From Calcarisporiella thermophila CBS 279.70 (Eukaryota; Fungi; Calcarisporiellomycota), in contig NW_027192237.1 in NCBI RefSeq assembly GCF_041956535.1, positions 7,351-58,277 of the forward strand: a stretch of 50,927 bases of DNA. Reading direction: 5' to 3'. This document shows positions 38,829 to 48,527 of the stretch, one piece after another. The notes below the pieces were generated by a model that ran no database searches, had not been told where the DNA came from, and worked only from the letters and a program-made list of their open reading frames with translations. The stretch's first letter is position 1. The number at the start of each line of letters is the position of its first letter. The translations under genes and the position numbers were made by a program.

Positions 38829-39020
38829 TGTGGTTCTTGTGAGTTATGATGTATTTACGTTGATTCAACTTAGTGAAGGAAGGAGGCTTAATTGAGGAGT
38901 TTATTTATTTTTTCTTGTCCATATATATTATATTTTTAAGATATCTATATTCGTATAAACTTCCATACTTTTAAGTGAGCTTGAAGCAATTTCGAAGATG
39001 AATAGTGTCCGTATTTTTAA

Positions 39021-40599
39021 TTTAGCACTAAGCCTAGCGTATGCGACGGCTTAGTATAAATGGAATAGGCAGTCAGCAGTCCATGCTTCACGATGATGAG
39101 GCCGTTTTATTGGACAAATGAGCTACTTCCAGAGAAGTTTGCATAGAAAATTAAAGAAATTTAAAGAAAAATAAAAAAATCTGAGAATAATCAAGAGTAT
39201 AAAAGGCTGCCGTTTCCCAAGTGCAACTCCTTGGCCGTTTTTTGAGCTGGCATACTTTCGTTTGAGAAATGGAGCCCTCGTTCACGCAAGCAACAAATCA
39301 GCACGCGAGTACTGAAGGATCTCTCTTGGCACTACTCTCTCCAGTGTCTATCCGCGAGAGCCATCAGTGGACGCCAGCGAACGATATAGCGGACGCGATT
39401 GGGCACAAAACACCATACGCACCCGAGTCCATCCTCACGTCTGAGGAGCGACAAGTCAATACGCACAGGGAAAATCGGCGGATTCCTGCCTTCTATATCG
39501 CTCAGCAATCGGGGAACTACAGACAAGCCATCCATCTCATCTCGATTCCATCGTCTCTAGATTCCTTAGGATAGTAGACAGATTAGCGCCCCCCTTAAAC
39601 CTGGCAGAAGACCCTATCGACATCACCCCGATTCTGGAACATCTCAGAGGAACGCCCAACACTGAACTATCCCTGCGCAACCTTACTTACAAGTTGGCAT
39701 GGCTCCTGGCGGTAGTCACCTTTCCTAGAGTATCCGCTCTAGCACGCATGGACCTTCAGTCGATCGCGGTCGACGTAACAATGATGAAGGGGAAGATAAT
39801 AGCACCGAAGGAAACGAGAAGAAATCGGCGCATCATAAAACCCTTCCATGTCCATCGATTCCCAGACCCCAACCTCTGTCCAGTAGAGTGTTTCATTGAA
39901 TATAGGAGGCGCTGGCAAGAGCAGGGTAAACTGCAACAAGGCTCAGAGGTATTCCTCTGCCCTGGAATTGCTCGCCCTGCCAGGCCCGCAACGATTTCGC
40001 GATGGATCAAAACAATCTTCGCAATCGCCTCACCCGACGCAAGAGCCCACGACGCGCGAAAAACAGGAGCCGCCCTCGCTCTACGAAGATTCAATGTAGA
40101 CACAGTGGTCGCAATAGGGAATTGGTCTTCCACCACTACTTTCGACCTATACTACCGCAGGGATAGAGCTGTAAATGCCGATATCTCGGGCGCGCTTCTC
40201 TCCTTAGGACTCGAGGAAGCGCGCTAGGGCCCTCTGGATCATCGTGAAGCATGGACTGCTGACGTAGTCCGCATTCTGTTTTAGCACTAAGCCTAGCGTA
40301 TGCGACGGCTTAGTATAAATGGAAAAGGCAGTCAGCAGTCCATGCTTCACGATCCCACCCCTAAATGTTTTTATTTTTTATTTTTTCTTATATCTCCCCA
40401 CCCCTCTTCTCGGGAGGGCCAAGGAGTTGCACTTGGGAAACGACAGCCTTTTATACTCTTGATTATTCTCAGATTTTTTTATTTTTCTTTAAATTTCTTT
40501 AATTTTCTATGCAAACTTCTCTGGAAGTAGCTCATTTGTCCAATAAAACGGCCTCATCATCGTGAAGCATGGACTGCTGATGTAGTCCGCATTCTATTT
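39021..40599 (+). mobile_element. Non-autonomous DIRS-type retrotransposon: 164-bp ITRs (39073-39236, 40417-40580), internal end-junction region (40238-40353), no RT
   Basis: Near-perfect ITRs; internal copy of the right end joined to the left end; tyrosine recombinase ORF. Confidence 0.9.
39694..40227 (+). CDS. DIRS tyrosine recombinase catalytic domain (5'-truncated)
   Basis: R (PRVS), K (PKET), LCPV, HxxR (HDAR), GNWSS, YYRR; upstream in-frame DITPIL...LSLRNLTYKL. Confidence 0.85.
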   Translation: MAWLLAVVTFPRVSALARMDLQSIAVDVTMMKGKIIAPKETRRNRRIIKPFHVHRFPDPNLCPVECFIEYRRRWQEQGKLQQGSEVFLCPGIARPARPATISRWIKTIFAIASPDARAHDARKTGAALALRRFNVDTVVAIGNWSSTTTFDLYYRRDRAVNADISGALLSLGLEEAR

Positions 40600-40837
40600 T
40601 AATTTTTTTAGCGAGCATTGATTTATGAAGTTTTTACTCTATAGATACCTTATTATAACTGCGCCACAGTGAAGCAGCTGATGGATAGTTGTCAAAGGAA
40701 AAATGCTGCATTTTTATAAATCGATTTTTGATAATTTTACAATTGAAAATGGGCTATTTGAAAGTAATTTTAATGGAGTTCCAAACCTAGCGGTAAGGTT
40801 GAGAGCCCGATGCTCAATCGCGGGTTAATGTGAGAGA

Positions 40838-41290
40838 CCTACAAAAAACCCGCCTGGTGAAAACTGCTAGAAAGCGAATAGGAGCATGTAGAAAAGATGG
40901 AAGAGGTTCGCGATTCCCTAAATTTTTACAAACTTTTCACCCATTTTTCACGATATTAATAATGGGAGAGGAGTCTACAAATTANNNNNNNNNNNNNNNN
41001 NNNNNNNNNNNNNNNNNNNNNNNNNNNNNNNNNNNNNNNNNNNNNNNNNNNNNNNNNNNNNNNNNNNNNNNNNNNNNNNNNNNNNNNNNNNNNNNNNNNN
41101 NNNNNNNNNNNNNNNNNNNNNNNNNNNNNNNNNNNNNNNNNNNNNNNNNNNNNNNNNNNNNNNNNNNNNNNNNNNNNNNNNNNNNNNNNNNNNNNNNNNN
41201 NNATTATAGGGAATCGCGAACCTCCTCCATCTTTTCTACATGCTCCTATACGTTTTCTAGCAGTTTTCACCAGACGGGTTTTTTGTAGGG
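40838..41290. mobile_element. CCCTA-family MITE, ~83-bp TIRs, AGA TSD; spans a gap (40985-41202)
   Basis: 40838-40920 is the reverse complement of ~41207-41289; AGA at 40835-37 and 41291-93. Confidence 0.8.
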
Positions 41291-42573
41291 AGATGACTGG
41301 GAAAAGCGAGAGATTCATAGGGTAAATATGCCAGAAAAACTATTTATACAAAAAAATTGGCCACGTACAGGTTGCCGAAAAATAGTTGACGGAGACTGAC
41401 ATCTTATCGATATAAATCAAAAAATTAATAACTACCCTAGAGGAACGAGTGAGAATATTATTATAAACATATTTGTGACCTGCACTAATTTTAGGAATAC
41501 AAGCAAGTCACGTTTAAAAATGAGAAATAAATCGCCGGTGGAATATAGTTGATTATATATAAAATTTTTCAAGATGGCAAATAAGAGGACAATCAATTTC
41601 AACGGCTACAACTCGCTTCGCTTTGAATCGAGCACATTCAGACGATCCACCGTCTTATCAGGGGTGTCAGGAAAGACCAGCTGTACGGGTTTGCCGAGCC
41701 GATACCTGTCGCCCCTTGCCGGATATTAGGAGAGCGTGGCGGTGAGAATCATAGGCTCCTTGGTTGCTAGGATTAATGGCTCCCGTCCAGAGTGATCAAT
41801 CGCCACTGTGAACGAGAGTACATCACGTTCTTCATATTTCGGTGGAAAGTTTTGGATAACTCGCAGAGTGCTTTGCGGAACCAGATCAACGTCGTCCTGC
41901 TCCGTTGTTTACCGTCCTACCGCCTGCAAGCTCACCCGTTTAAGTTTTGAACCCAATGGTGCGAAGCCGGACACTGTTGAACGGGTCATTGGGATTGTCT
42001 AAGACACGTTGTTTAATGCCGCCGCGCAAATCGACTTGGTGCTTCGCCCCCTGAATTTCTAACACGCTGTTGATCGCTAACATGGATGACGGCTATATCC
42101 AGATTCTTGTTGTACCATAGTTGATATGGCGATTTCCCATTGATTGGCTTTGACGGTCACATATTTTTCACCAGTGTAGCTGTTCGCACAGCTTCGGTCC
42201 ATAATTCTTTGGGGACTTGCGATTGTTCTAATAATGTTCGCACAATCTCTAAGATGCTACGATTTGCGCGCTCGGCCGCGCCATTGCTCTCCGGGGTATA
42301 TGACGTTGTAGTCTGATGTTGAATCCCCCGTTCTTGCAGCACCTTTGCAACCGCATTATTCACGAATTCTGTTCCCCTATCGCTCCTGAACGCCTTTATC
42401 TCTGTTCCCGCTTCTTTCTCTGCCGCAAGAGTTGGGACATGGGGAACATTCGTCGTTGCAAACGTCACGTCCTCGCCGTTGGCGAGTCGCATGGAGACCT
42501 CGATATCACCGATCCCGAAAGCCTCGATTTTTGTGTTATCACCAATCTTAACATGCTCGCTACACGGAGCATA

Positions 42574-42785
42574 TGTCAGGATTTAATTTTTACTTAATTT
42601 TACATGCATCTAATTATTACTTGTTTGGGTGTATATGAAAATCCTGTTTATTGTTTTTGTTGTTATTCTTTAAATAGTTCAGCTATTTGTTTTCTGATCC
42701 TCACTCCTATTTTTCTCTTATATTTTTACTATTATTATTATAGTAAACTATAGGAGTCCGAAAGTCGAAAACTACTTTCGTTACA
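42574..42785. repeat. Solo LTR (212 bp), TSD GCATA
   Basis: TG...CA ends; GCATA at 42569-73 and 42786-90; related to 46755-46995. Confidence 0.88.
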
Positions 42786-43496
42786 GCATACTTGGTAAAG
42801 AGGTCACGTTGATAACACACATGCTGCGTAGTGCCCGAGTCCACAATCCACGCGTCTTGAATTGACCTGATTACGCGGAGGGCGAGTACTGGCAGCAAAA
42901 CCTTTGACTCATTCTTCTTGCCATTTTCCTTATTTCCCTTTCCTTTTCATCTATGGCATTCTCGTGTCATATGTCATGGTTTTCCGCACACGAAGCATGT
43001 AATATTGCGCCGATTACCCGCTTGATGGGTTCCTGCATTCGCGCGTTTGCCTTGCATAAACATCATGCGTTGGCCGTCGCTTATACTATTGCGTTCATTG
43101 CGACGTCTGTCTTCAGCAAGAATATGGTCGCGCACATTTGCTGATGTGAGCGTATCCATTGTCATAGTGGCGGCTACAGAGTCATAACTGGATGGTAGGC
43201 CACAAAGCATCATGACGGCAATCTCTTTGTCGTCGATATTGACGTCGATAACACGCAGTTGCTGAATGATTTGCTGAACGCGCGTAATGTAGTCCGTGAC
43301 GGATTCTTCAGATTGCATTTCAGTCCGAAACAATTCACGTTTGAGGGACACAATTGCAACAAACTCCGACTGTCTATGATGGCGCTTAAGTCGGTCCCAG
43401 GCTTCTTTCGCGGTCTCTACATCGTCAATAAGCATGAGCTGTTCGTTGTTCACAGCTTGGTAGATCAGACTCAATACTTGGTTATTGGATGGGGAA

Positions 43497-43768
43497 TGTA
43501 ACAGTTTTTGAGGACTGTTAGATATCCTTATTCTTAAAGAATAGAATTCAATTCAAGATAGAATGGAATTCAGGAAAGAGGTGAGGAACAATAAACAAAA
43601 GGGAGTGAATTTAAATAGAATCTCGGGAGTATCTAAGTGGAACGTTAATACACCAATAATAAATTTGTGGTCAATAAGTATATAAAAGGAAAGGTAATTA
43701 AATAAGTAAATAATGTAAATAAGGAAGTATTATAATTAATATTATAGTGTAAATTCGGTCGTGTTACA
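43497..43768 (-). repeat. Solo gypsy LTR (272 bp), TSD GGGAA
   Basis: TGTAACA...TGTTACA; GGGAA on both sides; near-identical inverted copy at 46406-46677. Confidence 0.92.
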
Positions 43769-44466
43769 GGGAACTAGAGTCAGGTTTATAATCCCCTGTC
43801 GGCTCGATCTCATTAACTATATTGCGCTCACGTAGCATGGCGCGCATACGCAGTGCCTATGCCGTATAGTTCGTTCCATCCAATCGTTCGATTGTTAAGC
43901 CATGTGTTGACATGACGAGGGAGGAGGAGGTAGAGAAAGAATTGAGACTCTTAATCTGTTGGATTTTAATGAGTGTATATTGATCACCCTCTAGATTAAA
44001 ATCCAACAGACAGACACAACTTCATATTGAAATGTTGTTATTTTTATTTCAAAGTATTAGTTAATAAAAGTGAAAGAAAGAAAGCTTATTTTTTTCGTGC
44101 GTTGATGGTTAAATACACTGTGTGTTAGCTAAGTTAGGTGTGGCAGAAGTATTTTCAACTTCCGAACACTTTTATTTTTATTATATTTTACTACAGTAAC
44201 TAAATAGGAGTAAGAATCTATAGGACCGCGAAATATTTAATTATATTTATTTATTATAAAAATATATTCAAAAAATAGAAAAAATATAGCCTGCATCAGG
44301 TCTACAATTATCTTCTATTTAATTTTATTGTATTATTTGTAAATGCTATAAGGCTATGTAATTTGTTATTTTATTTAAAAATTACTAATTAAAGCGAAAA
44401 ATGTTATGATAAAAGAAATTTTTTGAGAACGAATCTCAAAACACCCATACTAACATCCCCTTGTTC

Positions 44467-44703
44467 TTACCAGTTCGGGGTGACAGTTTTGCAACATGCC
44501 TTAGCTAACTCATCACTTTTGCATGTAACGGTGGCTTTACGGAAATCTTTGACTCCATAAAGACATGCAGAACAATCTGCGTCAAGTGCTGTGAAAGTTA
44601 TATATCCTTCACATTGTTTTGTCTGACCGCTTATAGCAACCTTAACAGATAAGGCAGAACAGGTAACAAAGAAAGATAGAATTATAGGTAGATATTTCAT
44701 CAT
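44467..44703 (-). CDS. Small secreted cysteine-rich protein (~78 aa, 6 Cys in mature part)
   Basis: MMKYLPIILSFFVTCSA signal-like N-terminus; CxxC and CC. Confidence 0.6.
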   Translation of the reverse strand: MMKYLPIILSFFVTCSALSVKVAISGQTKQCEGYITFTALDADCSACLYGVKDFRKATVTCKSDELAKACCKTVTPNW

Positions 44704-45171
44704 ATCTGTTGTAAAATTATATCTAATCTTTTGAAACAAATAGCAGATGGGGTTAAATTTTGTTGTAATCTACTGTATTTATATCCATTAAACTGTACAG
44801 AGCAATAGTCGATCGGAATATCACCATGGGAAATATGGCGCAATTCAGAATAACTCCTCACATGACTTAAGGTTAAGTTCGAAGGAGTCACCTTTGTTGT
44901 TGTTACAGTTTCGGCCAAAAGTTTTGACTCACCTTAGAAAATTCTACTTCGACTTGATTTTTTCTTTATACTAACTCCAACCTGAATAATAATAGTATAT
45001 TATAAAATCCCACTTGTACGACTTTTATTACATAAACAATAGAATATCCGTCAATAGACTTTTTTAGGAAAAATATTCATTTAATCTGAAATTTTTGGAA
45101 ATTTGCCTATTGAAGTTTTTGATGGGTTTGGGCTTTTTTATTTCTTTCTTGAAAAACACATGATATACTAA

Positions 45172-45255
45172 GGTCGAGTTTCAGCATATACTGTATGCTG
45201 AAACTCGACCCAAGTATACTATATTTACAGTATATAAATATAGTATACTTGGGTC
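45172..45255. repeat. Two overlapping perfect hairpins (17-bp and ~21-bp stems)
   Basis: GGTCGAGTTTCAGCATA/TATGCTGAAACTCGACC and GACCCAAGTATACTATATTTA/TAAATATAGTATACTTGGGTC. Confidence 0.85.
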
Positions 45256-45259
45256 ACTG

Positions 45260-45365
45260 TCTAGTATATCCCCCTTTGGTTTCAAGGACGGCTTTTACCC
45301 GCTCAGGCATTGTGCTAATAAGCTTTTCGCAAACGTCCTTTGGGATGGATTCCTAGACGATGTTG
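45260..45365 (-). pseudogene. Tc1 transposase C-terminal scrap
   Basis: Minus strand reads ESIPKDVCEKLISTMPERVKAVLETKGGYT. Confidence 0.7.
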
Positions 45366-45920
45366 ATTTTCCCCATAAATCAGCCTTGCTTGTAATTTTA
45401 GGAAAAATACTCCTCAGCCCTATAAGAAGCTACCATAAGTAAACTCCGCGGAAAATTTAAGGAATTTTTTAGTAAAAATGCCAGTTAACCTATTGGTTCA
45501 ATAGGAATATTAACATAGTGATTAAGGAAATCAGGAAAAGTGCCTTGTGGAAATTTATTTGTCTCGGCCCAAGTAAAAAATTTTGAGCCGAAAATAAGAT
45601 GTGGAAACAGGACTCGGCTGAGATTCTACGGCCAGGCCAAAAAGTCCCCTTAAAAATTCCCCGAGATTTCCAAGATTGAAAATGCTACTCAATTTTAATC
45701 AAATATTAAATCACATATTGTTGTAATACAGCCGCGTCCGAAATTGGAGGAATATCCAAGCCACATCTCCTAGGTATTTCATCATCTCCTTATAAAATTA
45801 GAGTGGGAAAGTTATTATAAAAAAGCTGCAGTCTACACTTTTTTTAGGGATATATGCATGCCATGTTTAACAAACAAAAGTTGGCGTTCTGGGAAGTTGA
45901 AGTTATAGAGAGAGCACTTC

Positions 45921-46155
45921 TGTAACAGGGTTCGAATGGTAAACAGGCGATCTTAATAAAATATACAGATCGGTGAGGAGAAAAAAGGAACAATTAGTTT
46001 TTAAATAAGAAAAGAATATGAAATCTCCGATAAATATATCTTCCCATAAACATTATACCAGAAAATAACAAAGTAATAACTAAGCCATAATAAGTTAATA
46101 ATAATGATATTATATCATAGCATGAGAAAAGATGAAAGCGGGTCGTCCTGTTACA
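45921..46155. repeat. Solo LTR (235 bp), TSD ACTTC
   Basis: TGTAACA...TGTTACA; ACTTC on both sides; same family (inverted) as 47071-47344. Confidence 0.88.
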
Positions 46156-46405
46156 ACTTCTACATAATTCAATATCTTATATTTTGTATGCAATTTCTTT
46201 AGAATCGAATCTTTATTGCTCATTTATTCCTTTCTTCCCATTCTACCCTGATATACAGAAAGTGCTTATTCTCTAATAAAAATATTGATAAGAGCTGCCA
46301 GAATGAAACCCATCCCTAACAAGATCCGCGCTAGTATCATCCAGCGCGCAGAAGAAGTGGCCTCCTCACGAATGATTGCTGATGCCCTGAATATAATTTA
46401 TTTAT

Positions 46406-46695
46406 TGTAACACGACCGAATTTACACTATAATATTAATTATAATACTTCCTTATTTACATTATTTACCTATTTAATTACCTTTCCTTTTATATACTTAT
46501 TGACCACAAATTTATTATTGGTGTATTAATGTTCCACTTAGATGCTCCCGAGATTCTATTTAAATTCACTCCCTTTTGTTTATTGTTCCTCACCACTTTC
46601 CTGAATTCCATTCTATCTTGAATTGAATTCTATTCTTTAAGAATAAGGATATCTAACAGTCCTCAAAAACTGTTACATTGGTGTTTTCGTCCGGG
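46406..46695 (+). repeat. Gypsy 5' LTR (46406-46677) with PBS TGGTGTTTTCGTCCGGG (46679-46695, tRNA-Val-like)
   Basis: Near-identical to the reverse complement of 43497-43768; leader matches the reverse complement of ~7296-7373. Confidence 0.85.
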
Positions 46696-46754
46696 TAAGG
46701 ATTAAACGGATAAACCCAAAGGTCAACCAACTGGTATTCAACTAGCGGGATACA

Positions 46755-46995
46755 TGTCATGATGTTAATTTTACCATCATGACGCTATTAAGGTCTAAGC
46801 CATAAATGGCCTAGGATCGTAATACCAATTTTATTAACTGTTATTTTGTATAACATTATTTTATCATTCGATTGTTTGATCTTTAAATAGTCTCTGCTAT
46901 TTGTTTTCTGGTCCTTACTTCTTTTTCTTTGTTCTTTTATTATATTTTATTATATTATTATAGAGGAGTCCAAAAGTAAAAATACTTTTGTAACA
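46755..46995. repeat. LTR of the 42574 family, without matching TSD
   Basis: TG...CA ends; shared TTTAAATAG..GCTATTTGTTTTCTG..GGAGTCC blocks. Confidence 0.7.
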
Positions 46996-48527
46996 CTTTG
47001 CGTTGGGAGTCAGGTGTGCCTTTGCGAGGTTCCTGATATTCCTCGGTAATCCATTGAGGATCTCGCAAATTGTAACAGGACGAACCTACTTGCAGTACTT
47101 TTCATTATTATGTGACGGTTAATTTCATTCATCATTCTCGTTTTGAGTTTATTATTACCTTTTTAATATTTGTTTTATTGTTTTATGGAAGCTGCATCTT
47201 TAGTCAGCCTTTGGAAAAGCCAGATTATGTCATATTAGTTGATTTCCTATTTTTTATATATATACTCATTCAGTCTATTTTGTTGTTCCTCACCGATCTT
47301 CTATTTTTATAAAGATCTTCGTCTACCATTCGAACCCTGTTACACAAATCATCACTTTGTGGCTGTTCTCTCCGTATACCCGTCGCGCCAACGAGTATTT
47401 GTTCCGATAATAATTCAGAATTGATTCCTTGCCATCAAAGATGCGGTGTCGGAGTTTTAGTGCAAGTTGTGCCTCGTAATCAGGGGGCCTGAAATAGTCG
47501 CGTAAGGCGGCGCACCATTCGTCCCAGGTAGTTAGGGCGCAACGCTGTTCTTCTCCGAGATCGAAGAACCAGTCGAGAGCTTCTTCCTTCAATATATTTG
47601 GTAGCATCAGAATGACTTCGTAATCGGAGGTCCTGCTGCAACTCTTCATCTGGCTGACCCTTTCGATCCAAAGATCAACATCCTCCGAAATGGTGCCTTG
47701 GAATATAGGTATGTCGTTAATATCTAGGCGTCGAGGTCTGTCGCTGTTATCAGTGCCAAAGGAATGGTTGTGTCGGATTGCCAAAAGATCATCGTCGTGC
47801 ATTTTTTCGATTGGGGACGGACTGGCGTATTCAGGAGAGATTACTTGGGTAGGAACCTGTGGTTTCTCCAAAATCCTCCCGAACATGTTTAGCATCTGTT
47901 CCATCGCTGAAGATTGCCGTTGTTGGGCTTCGGACAGTTGCTTCAAAATTTCTGATTGTTGCTTTAGCAGCAAATGAACGGTGGTTTCCTCTTGTGAAGA
48001 GGCTAGGGCAAGAGTTGCCGTAGTGGGCGATGAGGTTGAGTCGGCGGGGCGACTGCCAGATGATTCCGCGGTGTTTACAGAGTCGCTGCGTAACACGCGG
48101 GTTGAAGATTGTATTTCGCGGGCGCGGCCCGAAGTTGGAAGTGTAGGAGGCATTAGGAAGGATATACACTCAGGAATTTGCTATTCTGTTATCTCGTGTA
48201 TACCCGGGTTCTCCACCAGTGTAACAGTTCAACAACTGTCAGAAATGTTATCCCTTAAAGAATGGGGAAAGGTCGATATTATTATTAAAACTGTCCAAAA
48301 CATAATGAATGAATCGTATCCTCACCTTATTAAAGAATGGGGAAAGGTGAGGAACCCAAAAATCAAGGAATTAGGAGATATATAAAGAAGAATTCAAGAA
48401 AAACAAAGCTGCATCACAGAACTAGATCGTAATTTAATAATTAAATGAAAGAAACGAGTATATGTGAGTATAAAATGTATTAAATGAATGGTGTAAAAAA
48501 AAGGGGTCGGAACTTGGTCGTGTTACA
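46996..48527 (-). mobile_element. Truncated gypsy element: 5' LTR 48220-48527, PBS TGGTGGAGAACCCGGG (48203-48218, tRNA-Ala-like), gag from 48153
   Basis: Gag homologous to that at 7279 (RVLRSD, RRL.I..P.F.GT.SEDVD, LRDYFR.PDYEAQLAL); gag resumes after the solo LTR as EILNGLPRNIRNLAKAH. Confidence 0.88.
47071..47344. repeat. Solo LTR (274 bp), TSD CAAAT, inserted in gypsy gag
   Basis: TGTAACA...TGTTACA; CAAAT at 47066-70 and 47345-49. Confidence 0.9.

Larger units (their letters stand above)
41600..44008 (-). mobile_element. Degenerate Ty1/copia retrotransposon (gag, protease, partial integrase) interrupted by two solo LTRs
   Basis: IERLDGTNY gag start (~43910), TAKEAWDRLK, GLPSSY, CFVCGKP knuckle, WIVDSGTTQH, FRSDRGTEF, YTPESNGAAERANR. 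Confidence 0.9.

Noticed and set aside
39694-40227. Tyrosine recombinase as a Starship captain or integrase mobilising the cluster
   Set aside because: It lies inside its own 1.6-kb DIRS ITRs and has DIRS-type motifs
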